Positions 36,448 to 45,786 of a stretch of DNA of 64,000 nucleotides are shown piece by piece. The stretch lies in the IMG/VR virus record IMGVR_UViG_3300045988_173726, positions 32,001 through 96,000 of that record. One strand, written 5' to 3'. The first letter of the stretch is position 1. Each line of letters begins with the position of its first letter. The notes below the pieces were generated by a model that did not search any database, had not been told where the DNA came from, and saw nothing but the letters and a program-made list of their open reading frames with translations. Made by a program: the position numbers and the translations under genes. The stretch comes from a virus.

Positions 36448-36978
36448 ATGAACAGTCGGGTTTATTTCAGTGGCAGAGAGGGAGAAGAGAATCCTACTGT
36501 AGTTGGTTTATCGGTTGGCGTTCGTCCAGAAGTCGAAAAGAAGTTAAGCAAGGTAGACATTGCGTTAGTTATGCAGTCCGATGTAAGTGCGCCAGAGGAT
36601 GTAAAGGTTGCTAAATTAGCGAACTGTGGTAACATGTTTATTCCGCGAGAGATTTCTGTAGGGGTGTTTTCAGAGGATAAGCAGAGCGGGGTGTATACGC
36701 TTGTGCAGTCGGAGAGGGTAAAGTTCACTACTTCTGACAGGGTGCTGGCGTGTTTGAAAGACGGTATTCCGTATACGCATAGTTTATATGTGCCATATCG
36801 AGAGAAACTGCATGTAAGCGTGGTAGCACAGTTGATTATTGCTAGTGAATTTGACTATGACGACTTTAAGTATCACAGATTTAGGAAGGGACTGCCTGTA
36901 GAGCTTAGTTGCCTAGCGGATAGCGGAGAAGAGAGCAACTTTAACTACGAGGAGTGGAAGGATACTGACTGGGACTAA
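36448..36978 (+). CDS. Hypothetical protein, tandem paralog B (PYTHSL family)
   Basis: GGGGGAG SD. Contains KVDIALVMQ... and GIPYTHSLYVPYREKLHVSVVAQLIIA. Confidence 0.65.
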   Translation: MNSRVYFSGREGEENPTVVGLSVGVRPEVEKKLSKVDIALVMQSDVSAPEDVKVAKLANCGNMFIPREISVGVFSEDKQSGVYTLVQSERVKFTTSDRVLACLKDGIPYTHSLYVPYREKLHVSVVAQLIIASEFDYDDFKYHRFRKGLPVELSCLADSGEESNFNYEEWKDTDWD

Positions 36979-37160
36979 GGTAACGGGGCTTGTGGCGGAT
37001 GGTTTTTGGAGTTTTTGGATTTGACTAAGCATATCTAGGAAATCGCTAGGTTTATGTGATAGATTTTTGCAGAGACCTGTCTTACTGCAAATTAGGGTTT
37101 TGTGCGTGGACTTTGGCAAATTTCTGTACTTTCTTAACGATTTTTAGCCCATGTGAAACT

Positions 37161-37277
37161 GTAGGCGAGGCTTTCCTATTTTATAAACTCTTCAAAATAA
37201 GCCAAATACCATAGCCGATTTTCGGGCAAGACTTATAGCAAAATTGGCTATACCATACACGCAACTTTTTCGAGGTG
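37161..37277 (+). repeat. Conserved intergenic element, copy B (partner at 20501-20642)
   Basis: GTAGGCGAGGCTTTCCTATTTTATAAACTC...AAATACCATAG...TGGCTATACC...TTTTTCGAGG. Confidence 0.6.
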
Positions 37278-37481
37278 GTTTTGGGTAAGTCATTATAACT
37301 TCGGGTATTACAACAGGGCAGGCTTTTAGGGGGCGAGGTGGGATTGGGCTTCGCCCTTCCCTCGGGTTTACGAGAGGGCGGCTTCGCCCTTCTTACGGTC
37401 GTTTAGGGTAGCCAAAGCCCTAATTTTGTGGTAAAATAGCAGTACAACTTTGAATCAGTGAGTTTTTCTGGAGGGAAAAAG

Positions 37482-37757
37482 ATGCAGGAAATCGACATCG
37501 AGCGAGTAAGAGAGTTTAACAGGGCGTACAAGCAGTTTAAGCAGAGGGAAGTCGAGCTTACGGCAGAGAGAGACATGAATAACAAGGAGATAGACAGGCT
37601 TTGTAAGGAGTTGTCGGAGGAGCTTGGCATCGAGATTACTCGTGAGAACGCGCGAGAGGTCTGTGAGAGGTATGTTACGGAGTTAAACGAGCGTTTAGGA
37701 GTCGGAGAAGCAATCTTTCAGCGTATTAACGCAGAGATTAGCGGTATGCAGGGCTAA
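37482..37757 (+). CDS. Small coiled-coil protein
   Basis: ORF 37458..37757 trimmed to ATG 37482 after GGAGGGAAAAAG. Confidence 0.55.
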   Translation: MQEIDIERVREFNRAYKQFKQREVELTAERDMNNKEIDRLCKELSEELGIEITRENAREVCERYVTELNERLGVGEAIFQRINAEISGMQG

Positions 37758-37772
37758 GAGGGGGTAATTTCG

Positions 37773-39086
37773 GTGAAGATTAACTATGCAGAGTTTAAGA
37801 AGGTGTTTGAGCAGACAGGCAAGTTTATGTCGAACTCGGAGATAGGGGTAATGTTTTCCCCGAAGGAGAACGGGTATGCGCTTGTGTATTCCGACAATAG
37901 ACAGGCGATTTACGGGGTGTTTCCCGCAGAGTTTACAGCGGAGGAGCGTGCTCTTGGTAACTTTGTAGTAGACTATCTCGGTCTAAAGACGGCGATGGAG
38001 CAGTTTTCGTCAACGGGTTCTCTTCTTGTAAAGGAGATAGAGGCTGACTTGTCTGGTTTAGCGGAGTCGAATACGATTATGCTAAAGGTAGATAAGGTTC
38101 GGCAGGAGGAAGAGGACGGGAAATTCTATGAGACAGTCGTAAGTAGCCTTAGAAAGACGGTAAAGGCGTTCTTAGCCGATAAGGTAGACAATAGGTATAA
38201 GATTGTGGCTCGGTTTGACGCAGATTCGTGCCTGTTTAACCGTGAAGAGTACGATACTTGGCAGACAAAGGAGTTGTCACAGTTACTTGGCAGTCTTGGT
38301 GCGGGAGATGACAGTAGAAATTGCTATATTTCCACAAAGAAGGGCGTAGGCTTTGTTGTAACGCAGAATTCCATGATATGTTTGTCGCTTCCAGACGGTA
38401 TAAACTTCGGTTTTGCGATGACAGGTAAGGTAGCAAAGAGCCTAGGCGGTATCTTAGGCAAGATTTTGAGTGAGACAGTGCGTTTGTCGGTCACAGGGGA
38501 GTTAGGTGCTAAGTCCTGTGCGATTACGACCGAGGATGAGAGCTTTGGTGTATGGTTTATGCTGGCGAGTCCGAGGATGCAGGACGCGGATACGCTTACA
38601 AGCTATCGGTTTAACGGGAACGAGGTTCGGGAGTATAATCGTTTTTGCTTTAAGATAGCGACAGACGGTTTAAGGGATATGGTTCGGGCGTGCCAGAGCG
38701 GAACGGTGCAGTCTCCGACTACGGTTATGATTCTTGACTTTAACAGCACGGACGGAATGTATACGACACGGCAGTTAGACAATAAGGGCAATATCGTAGC
38801 GGAACCGGAGTCCGAGAAGGCGGTTTTAAGGTTTGGCGAGAGTAAATCTGGTTCAAATACGATGTATGCGTTTTATCGTGTAACAGGAGAAGTTCCGAAG
38901 GACGAGTTAAAGCTTGGAGTTTCGCTAAAGGCGCTTACAGAGGTGCTTAGTGTTTGCACGCACGATACGGTAATTCTGGGTATCGAGGAAGTAGACGCGA
39001 CCCGTAGGTATTTAAGGGTGCAGGACGCGGATGCAGGCGACAATGTGTATGCGAACATGTATCTTCTGGCAACGCTAAAGGGGTAA
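37773..39086 (+). CDS. Possible sliding-clamp (DnaN/beta-like) protein
   Basis: GTG start after AGAGGGGG. The N-terminus MKINYAEFKKVFEQTGKFMSN...GVMFSPKENGYALVYSDNRQAIYG follows the beta-clamp N-terminal pattern. Size (437 aa) and neighbourhood fit. This is a weak call. Confidence 0.35.
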   Translation: MKINYAEFKKVFEQTGKFMSNSEIGVMFSPKENGYALVYSDNRQAIYGVFPAEFTAEERALGNFVVDYLGLKTAMEQFSSTGSLLVKEIEADLSGLAESNTIMLKVDKVRQEEEDGKFYETVVSSLRKTVKAFLADKVDNRYKIVARFDADSCLFNREEYDTWQTKELSQLLGSLGAGDDSRNCYISTKKGVGFVVTQNSMICLSLPDGINFGFAMTGKVAKSLGGILGKILSETVRLSVTGELGAKSCAITTEDESFGVWFMLASPRMQDADTLTSYRFNGNEVREYNRFCFKIATDGLRDMVRACQSGTVQSPTTVMILDFNSTDGMYTTRQLDNKGNIVAEPESEKAVLRFGESKSGSNTMYAFYRVTGEVPKDELKLGVSLKALTEVLSVCTHDTVILGIEEVDATRRYLRVQDADAGDNVYANMYLLATLKG

Positions 39087-39094
39087 GCTAGAGG

Positions 39095-39769
39095 ATGACG
39101 GCGAGCGAGTATATAGAGAAGGTCGAGCAGTTAGAAGCTCTAAACAAAGCGAATGAGCGAAACAGAGAGCAGTTAAAGAAGTCAATCGTTAAGTATAACG
39201 AGCTTCGGGATAAGGCGGCGACCGACCTAGATGTTACGATAAATGCAATCAATATCCTAACGGTTTTGTCGAATAACGCGGTCAATCAGTCGTATAAGTT
39301 TATCGAGGAGAGCGTAAACAGCGCTCTGGCTAAGATATTCGAGAACAGCGAGCGGAAGATTATTCTAAAGGAGAGTGTATTTCGCGGGCAGTATAAGCAG
39401 TTAGAGATAGAGTTGCATGTAGAGGGCGGCAAGGTACGGAGTCTAAAGGCAGACAGCGGGCATGGGTTAATGCAGATAGTGAGTCTGCTTTGCGTATTGT
39501 CGTTAATCGTGATAACGGGGAGTCGGCGTTTACTGGTGCTTGACGAGGTGTTGAGCGGACTAAGTGCAAGTAGTAGGCGTATCATATGCGATGTGCTTGA
39601 AGCGTTTACGGATATAGGGTTTCAGTTTGTGATAAACGAGCATGGCTTAATCCCGAAAGGGAGCAGGGTTGTAAAGCTTGCGGTTTCAAACGGGGTAAGC
39701 GGTGTTTCGGAGACCTATATCGAAGAGAGCGGCGTTTATCTTGACAGTAAGGACAGTGTTGCAGAGTAA
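39095..39769 (+). CDS. Rad50/SbcC-like ATPase, C-terminal half (coiled coil + signature/Walker B/H-loop)
   Basis: Coiled-coil N-terminus, then KADSGHGLMQ (signature-like), RRLLVLDEVLSGLS (Walker B/D-loop), FVINEHG (H-loop). Confidence 0.6.
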   Translation: MTASEYIEKVEQLEALNKANERNREQLKKSIVKYNELRDKAATDLDVTINAINILTVLSNNAVNQSYKFIEESVNSALAKIFENSERKIILKESVFRGQYKQLEIELHVEGGKVRSLKADSGHGLMQIVSLLCVLSLIVITGSRRLLVLDEVLSGLSASSRRIICDVLEAFTDIGFQFVINEHGLIPKGSRVVKLAVSNGVSGVSETYIEESGVYLDSKDSVAE

Positions 39770-39803
39770 TACTTACTGAAATCTACAAGTTAATACGCAT
39801 GAA

Positions 39804-39839
39804 ATAGGGTAACGGAGTATAAGCCGTTGCCCTATTTTT
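39804..39839 (+). terminator. Intrinsic terminator
   Basis: ATAGGGTAACGG / CCGTTGCCCTAT stem followed by TTTTT. Confidence 0.7.
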
Positions 39840-39905
39840 GTACCAAGCGGCGTTAGGCGAGCTAGTATAAAATAAGGCTAATAGGGTAGCCTAGGAGGTG
39901 GCTTT

Positions 39906-41021
39906 ATGGGAAGTATAAATCTATATAATCGCATCAGAGCGTTTATTCATGTTCCTAACTCGCTTGGCGAGCATGATTATCCGTTATATAAGCGTGCAGT
40001 AAAGAAGATGGACGGCAGTGATAACTATGTCGATACGGATGAGCATGACTGGGAGAGTGCGGCGGCACGGGATAAGGAGTGGTCGAGTCAGATAGGTGCG
40101 ACCTACAGTTCTCCGAGGAATGTAAGGCGTTTGTTTATCGGAGTGAACACTGTTGTGGTGCATTTCTGGTCGCCTATCGTAAAGAACGGGGTGCAGGGGA
40201 GTAGCCTTGTGTTAAAGCAGAGGTATCGGGATAGGATAGAGGCGAGTGAGCTAGGTGCGATAGTGCTTCACGGGGAGAGCGATAAGCATAAGGTGACAGG
40301 GGGTCGATGCGGGCTAGAGTCCTTAAAGCAGTGGTCTTTGCGGAACTTAGAGGAGTTGTATTTCGACTGGACAGCAGTGTATCGGGCAGGAAGTGCAAAG
40401 AATGATTTCTTTAACATAGCGATAGCGAATGTTTATCGGTCGAAGAAGATAGGAAACTATGCTCCGTTTAAGGAAGCGGTAGCAAAGTTGATTTCGAGGA
40501 ACGGTAATCTGGATAAGGACTATCCTAGGCTAAAGCGGGTAATGCTAATTGCGAATCTTGATAAGTATATCGAGGACGGGGCGGCGTATACGGGTAGCGG
40601 CGTAGATAGTGTAGAGAAGCTTGCGGATGACTGGGGGTATGACAGCGCGTTTGAGGGGTATATCGGGGCAGACGGCGTGAATCGTCATGGTTTATGCGAG
40701 ACTTTTGGTTTGTCGCCTAACATATACGAGTTCGACCAGCTATATTTGCTTGACAAAGTTAGAGATATTATGCGAAGTATCTCAAAGGCGAAGCAGGAAG
40801 CGAGGTCTACAGCGGGTTTATCTGAAAGCGCGGGGGAAAGCGCTATCGGAGAGTTTGAGCAGGCGGTTTTAATGCTAAAGAATTATACGGATGACAAGAC
40901 GATAGCGAAGATATTAAGCCATCTGGGGGATAACGACGCAGGGGAGCTTAGAAATGAGCTATTGACCGTCACAAAGGAAAATCAAGGCTGGTTTGAGAAT
41001 CTTTTGAGGAGTGCGAAATGA
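39906..41021 (+). CDS. Hypothetical protein
   Basis: 371-aa ORF with TAGGAGGTGG SD. Confidence 0.7.
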   Translation: MGSINLYNRIRAFIHVPNSLGEHDYPLYKRAVKKMDGSDNYVDTDEHDWESAAARDKEWSSQIGATYSSPRNVRRLFIGVNTVVVHFWSPIVKNGVQGSSLVLKQRYRDRIEASELGAIVLHGESDKHKVTGGRCGLESLKQWSLRNLEELYFDWTAVYRAGSAKNDFFNIAIANVYRSKKIGNYAPFKEAVAKLISRNGNLDKDYPRLKRVMLIANLDKYIEDGAAYTGSGVDSVEKLADDWGYDSAFEGYIGADGVNRHGLCETFGLSPNIYEFDQLYLLDKVRDIMRSISKAKQEARSTAGLSESAGESAIGEFEQAVLMLKNYTDDKTIAKILSHLGDNDAGELRNELLTVTKENQGWFENLLRSAK

Positions 41022-44000
41022 CGAACAAGAAGATATTAGCCTTATACGGGTATTTATTGCAGGATAGAGGGAAGTTAGAGGATTTGTGGAAAGCCCTAGA
41101 TAGGGTTGACGAGTGCGATGACGATGATATTCTAAGGGTTTTACAGAATAAAGACCTGTGCCGCATAGTGAGCGTGCTTGCGGGGGATAAGTTTAGCGGT
41201 TCAGTGAGTGGCGACATAAGTTTAGCTGACTTAGAGCAGGTCATTTCATATGTAAAGGACGAGTTAGACGAGGATTCGGACGATATAGATATAGACGAAG
41301 ATGAGGACGAGGGGGAAGAGGAAGATTACGAGGAGGACGAGGATTCGGACGAAGAGGACGGGGAAGCGGAGAGCAATTCCGTAACAGAGCAGTCCCACGA
41401 AGTCCCGCACGACACGGCGAGTTTATCAGAGAGTGATAAGGACGAGTTAGCACAGTCTGTGGTAGAGGCTTGTAAGAGCAGTATAGATAATGCGGTTACG
41501 GAGATTTATAAGGTCTATACTTCTATGTTCAAGTCTGGATATGGAGTTATTCAGCCAGAGGGAATACTGGCTGGGCAAAAGAGCGGTAGTATGATTAAGT
41601 TTCAACCGCTTGATTATGAGCATTTAATGCTTGTGCCTCGGAACTACTATTCCGACACATGGGAGTTATTAAAGCAGGAGCTTGGGTTAAAGGAGAGTAC
41701 GAAGCGGACTATTACTTACGGCGAGATACGGGACGGGTATAACTATTTCCCGTTTAAGATAATAGAGCTTGTATTCGGAAGATACTTGTCTAAAGAGTCA
41801 GATATAGCGGGCAAGCGCTATTGTAAATCGTCTGCGAGTGTGTCTTGGGAGTCGTATTGGGAGCAGGATGTAAAGCATAATATCGAGAGATATATCCGAA
41901 ACATCGTAACGGAGTATATAAAATCGTTAGCGGCGAATGAGAAGCTGGATATAAATAACTTGTCCAGTGTTTATGGGGCGGTTCGGCAGTTAGCGAACAA
42001 GACGATTCTGGCATATACGCCTGCGATTGTGATTTGCGAGGATTCTGGCGGTAGGTTTAAGATAAGGTTTTCGGATTACGCGCATAGGATAGACGCGACT
42101 CGGCTAAAGCGCATAGAGAAAAAGATTTTAGGGTGGGTAGGAACAAAAGAGGTCGAGTTAGACAGAGCATCTTTCTCATTGATGCGAGATAACGACAGCA
42201 TAAAAGAGATAGAGGTCGTAAGGGACAAGAGTTTATGCGGGACAGTCCCGTTATTTAGCTATATTGCGCTTAGAAAGTTAAGAGAGCAGGGTAAGCGTCC
42301 GTCCTATCAGAATTTGATATTAGGTCGCGCAGAGGACGACAGTATTTATATCGGCAACAGCAAGGATACGCCTTTTGGTGGCTTTAATACGGCTATAGGG
42401 TCGTTTGTCCTGCACTTGTCGGCGGGTTCTCGTTCTGGTAAAGGTGTTATGACGCTGAATATGATTGCGTCAGCGCTTGCTTCAAATGTAGCCGTGCCGT
42501 ATTTAGACAGTAAGCCAGATATGTCGTCTTTGCTTTTGTATATTGCGAAGAAGCTCGGGGTAAAGACCTTTGCGTTAAACGGTGGCTCGGAGTATGACAG
42601 TAAAGCGGATATAGGCGGGGTAGTTCGGGAGGTAATGTCGAGGGAGGTTTATCGGAAGCCCGCAGGACTTGAAGATTTAGCTGTGCCAGAGACAGCGTGG
42701 AGTGCGCTTAAGTATATAAAGGCTTTGGATTTCTGGATTTGGCTTTCTCCGAAGATTCAGTCTGGTGAGATAAAGACGAAGAGCGGGGATTTGTTAATCA
42801 TAGCGGACGAAGTTTGGCGTATGATAACGGGTTGGGCGCCTTTGTATGCAGAGTTGTTTGCGAAGAAGAGTGAGAGAGTTCGGAAGGGCGAGGATGACAC
42901 AGCGGTAGAGAGTGCGAAGTGGCTGTATAACTGGTATATGCGGGCGATGGGAAGCTGGCTTGCGGCGAAGGACGCTACGCTAAAGAACATAAAGCCGAAG
43001 TTAATGCTTATATATCAAGAGCATATAACGCCGTCATGGTCGTCTATGAGTAGCACAGAGTATAACGGAATCAACAAAGCGAATGCGTTTATCTTTAGGA
43101 CGCTTGAGAATATGGGTAAGCGCGGGTTTATAGGATATGACGAAGCGTCTATAGCCTACGGAGGTGTTTTACCTACCACTAAAATCCCGAATAAGTCAGA
43201 CTTTATCCAGCCTGTTTTAACAACTACAAAGGGAAAGAAGTTTTGTAATGTGAATGACAGGTATTTTGCGTGGGTAGATGATGTAGATTCGCAGGGCGTG
43301 AACGGGGATAGCACGACAGCGCAGTTTATAAAGCCGTTTTTGATTTTGAATGACGCAGACGAGAACGGGACATTTGTCCAGCAGTTAAAGGGGCAGTTAA
43401 AGAACTCGGTCGGAACGGACGAGAAGGTAGAGGAAATCATGAAGCAGTTCCGTGATAAGAACGGAAAGCTTGAGGAGTCTATCGGATTCGAGGGATATCT
43501 CCGTGAGATGACAGCTGACATGGAGGGATATAGCCTCGGGGAAGCGTTTAATGAGAGTTATCGTATTTTTGAAGAGGTGATAACGAAGTTTGGCTACATG
43601 GAGGCATCGGGAGCGAGCGACCCGATGGAGTATTTCAGTGACTTCCGTGCAGAGTTTATGCCGAACTGGAGTAGGATGGACAGAGCGCTTGCGGGTGAGA
43701 AGTTAGGAAAGGACGGAAGCGGAAGCGAGGACGGTATAGACAGTGAGTATTCTGGTGTAGAGTTTACGGGGGACGAGGGAGAAAGTGCAGGAGTAGAGAG
43801 CTTAGGCGAGAACGAGAATACAGGCTTAGAGGGCTTAGGCGAAAGTGGAGCAAGTGCGAGCGAGGCGGTTTCCGAGGAACCCGTAAGAAATGCGGAAAAA
43901 CCTGCTGGAAGTGTATTTGATAGTCTAATGCAGGGCAGGGAGAGTAATCTTTCGGATGAGTTTATCGGGTTTATGCCAGAGGGAAGCGAGGAAAACGGAG

Positions 44001-45061
44001 CATTTTCGGCGGGTAGTGAAGATTTCTCGGAGAAGAGTGATGAGTTTGACAGTGAACCGCTTACAGAGAGCGGAGCGTTTAATCACGGAGATAGTTATAG
44101 TGGTTATTCTGGGCGCTCGGCAGAAAAAGAGCCGATAAATGTTCGTGAGTATGAGTCCTCGGTGGGGTATAGTAATGCAATAACTGACGGGTCGAAGCTT
44201 GAGAACGCAAAAGGCGTTACGATGGTGCAGGGTATAGAGCGTATAAAGGCAGATGTTTCTAGGCTTTCGCCAGAGAACAGCGTGGATTGCACAAATCTTT
44301 CGCTAGGCGGCTTGCTTAGTCACGCGCCGCTGTTTACGAGTACGAAGTTTGGGGCAGACATGTATCGCAGGGAAGTCCTAAACGGGGTATTAGACAGGAT
44401 AGACAGGAGCATAGGGCGAGGTAATGTAACGAAGATAATTCTTACGGCGAACGGAATGATAGTAAACAACAAGCTAGTGAACTTAAACGGAGTCATGGGC
44501 GGGAATACGGGTCGTTATCTCTCTGATTTCATATCGTTTAAGGAGTTAGCGAAGCGATATAGCAGTTTAGCGCGGATTGGAATGGATACGGAGTATTTGA
44601 ACGCATTTAGCCTAGAGTATTATATCGACCCTTCCGACACAGAGCGGCTACTTGGGAGTATTTTCGACACATTTAGAGTTTTGGGGGTGGTAAACATCAA
44701 CAATCACGACATAAGGCGGCAGGAATATCTTACGATGGCGCAGAGACAGCGGATGTCGGCAGAGATGGAAGCGGTAAAGCGAAATGTAGCTATGTATCGT
44801 GCGACCGAAGAGATAGGGGCAGAGTTAAGCGCGAACGCGAGGATAAAGCCAGAGGATGAGGGCAGTCGGATGCGTAGGTTTACGCGGGCATTGCCGTTTA
44901 TGAGTAAGGCAGAGAGAGGACAGCGAAGCGGTAGAGGCAGTGGAATCGGTGGACTCATCGGAGCGGCGGTCTTTGGAGCGGCGTTTGGAATCGGGAAGCT
45001 CGGACGGGCAATCATTTCTGGGATACAGGAAGGTTCGGCAAAGAAGCATTACGGAAAGTAA
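41018..45061 (+). CDS. Giant P-loop NTPase (TraG/VirD4- or FtsK/HerA-like translocase signature) with poly-acidic N-terminal tract
   Basis: 1347 aa. Walker A-like HLSAGSRSGKGVMTLN; Walker B-like LLIIADEVW; acidic run DEDSDDIDIDEDEDEGEEEDYEEDEDSDEEDGE; Gly-rich hydrophobic C-terminus. Confidence 0.4.
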   Translation: MTNKKILALYGYLLQDRGKLEDLWKALDRVDECDDDDILRVLQNKDLCRIVSVLAGDKFSGSVSGDISLADLEQVISYVKDELDEDSDDIDIDEDEDEGEEEDYEEDEDSDEEDGEAESNSVTEQSHEVPHDTASLSESDKDELAQSVVEACKSSIDNAVTEIYKVYTSMFKSGYGVIQPEGILAGQKSGSMIKFQPLDYEHLMLVPRNYYSDTWELLKQELGLKESTKRTITYGEIRDGYNYFPFKIIELVFGRYLSKESDIAGKRYCKSSASVSWESYWEQDVKHNIERYIRNIVTEYIKSLAANEKLDINNLSSVYGAVRQLANKTILAYTPAIVICEDSGGRFKIRFSDYAHRIDATRLKRIEKKILGWVGTKEVELDRASFSLMRDNDSIKEIEVVRDKSLCGTVPLFSYIALRKLREQGKRPSYQNLILGRAEDDSIYIGNSKDTPFGGFNTAIGSFVLHLSAGSRSGKGVMTLNMIASALASNVAVPYLDSKPDMSSLLLYIAKKLGVKTFALNGGSEYDSKADIGGVVREVMSREVYRKPAGLEDLAVPETAWSALKYIKALDFWIWLSPKIQSGEIKTKSGDLLIIADEVWRMITGWAPLYAELFAKKSERVRKGEDDTAVESAKWLYNWYMRAMGSWLAAKDATLKNIKPKLMLIYQEHITPSWSSMSSTEYNGINKANAFIFRTLENMGKRGFIGYDEASIAYGGVLPTTKIPNKSDFIQPVLTTTKGKKFCNVNDRYFAWVDDVDSQGVNGDSTTAQFIKPFLILNDADENGTFVQQLKGQLKNSVGTDEKVEEIMKQFRDKNGKLEESIGFEGYLREMTADMEGYSLGEAFNESYRIFEEVITKFGYMEASGASDPMEYFSDFRAEFMPNWSRMDRALAGEKLGKDGSGSEDGIDSEYSGVEFTGDEGESAGVESLGENENTGLEGLGESGASASEAVSEEPVRNAEKPAGSVFDSLMQGRESNLSDEFIGFMPEGSEENGAFSAGSEDFSEKSDEFDSEPLTESGAFNHGDSYSGYSGRSAEKEPINVREYESSVGYSNAITDGSKLENAKGVTMVQGIERIKADVSRLSPENSVDCTNLSLGGLLSHAPLFTSTKFGADMYRREVLNGVLDRIDRSIGRGNVTKIILTANGMIVNNKLVNLNGVMGGNTGRYLSDFISFKELAKRYSSLARIGMDTEYLNAFSLEYYIDPSDTERLLGSIFDTFRVLGVVNINNHDIRRQEYLTMAQRQRMSAEMEAVKRNVAMYRATEEIGAELSANARIKPEDEGSRMRRFTRALPFMSKAERGQRSGRGSGIGGLIGAAVFGAAFGIGKLGRAIISGIQEGSAKKHYGK

Positions 45062-45082
45062 GGGTTTAAGCGGGGTTTAGGC

Positions 45083-45110
45083 GGGGTTAGGTAGCGCCTA
45101 GCCCCGTTTC
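45083..45110 (+). terminator. Candidate intrinsic terminator
   Basis: GGGGTTAGG-TAGCG-CCTAGCCCC stem-loop followed by GTTTCTAGTTT. Confidence 0.5.
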
Positions 45111-45187
45111 TAGTTTGGGGAGAATAGGGAGTTAGGTGATTTGGAAGTAAATGCGTGGAATAGTACAGAGTTGCTAGTAGATTATAA

Positions 45188-45235
45188 AGTAAAAGCTAGG
45201 CTATGTCTTTAGACGCACCAGAATGGCTTTTAAGG
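45188..45235 (+). repeat. 48-nt conserved non-coding repeat, copy a
   Basis: AGTAAAAGCTAGGCTATGTCTTTAGACGCACCAGAATGGCTTTTAAGG; the 3' half matches copy b perfectly. Confidence 0.6.
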
Positions 45236-45509
45236 CGTGTCTAGGTTTAGACGGACGCTTTTACAGGTTTTAGGTTTCTGCTTAGGATTAGGGGGTTTCT
45301 ATCGGCGCAGGACGGCTAAGAAAGGGGAATAGGGGGATTAGATGGGAGAGATAGAAACGGGCAGGGGGAGGGGCTTAAGTCGGCGGGACAGTACAGGGCG
45401 GGTAAGCTCTGGGTTTAGGGGTTTATTGGGCAAGGGGAAGCCCCGTAACGGGAGGAGGCAGTCGCCTAGGCAGGAGAGGGGTTTTGTAAGTTTAACAGTG
45501 AAATTGACA

Positions 45510-45557
45510 AGTAAAAGATAGACTATGCCCTGTGACGCACCAGAATGGCTTTTAAGG
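45510..45557 (+). repeat. 48-nt conserved non-coding repeat, copy b
   Basis: AGTAAAAGATAGACTATGCCCTGTGACGCACCAGAATGGCTTTTAAGG, preceded by TTGACA (45504-45509). Confidence 0.6.
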
Positions 45558-45739
45558 GGCATAATCGTTTAGGTGTAAAAGTGTATAGAGGTAAGAGACT
45601 TCCCTTTGAAATCCCTAATGAGTCGGCGGTTCAAAACGAGTGAAAACGGACGATAGAGGTGAGCGGGGGCTTGAGGCGGGGCAAAGTGGTATGGGGCTGT
45701 AGAGCGTTTACGGGGTAAACGGGAGATGCGGGTTTAGTG

Positions 45740-45768
45740 AGGACAAGTGGGGGATTGGGTGGTAAGAT
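45740..45768 (+). promoter_or_regulatory. Promoter candidate for mscS (xGGACA-17-TAAGAT)
   Basis: The -10 context GTGGTAAGATAG is identical to the 19914 promoter. The -35 AGGACA is imperfect. Confidence 0.45.
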
Positions 45769-45786
45769 AGTGGCTGGAGGGTTTTT

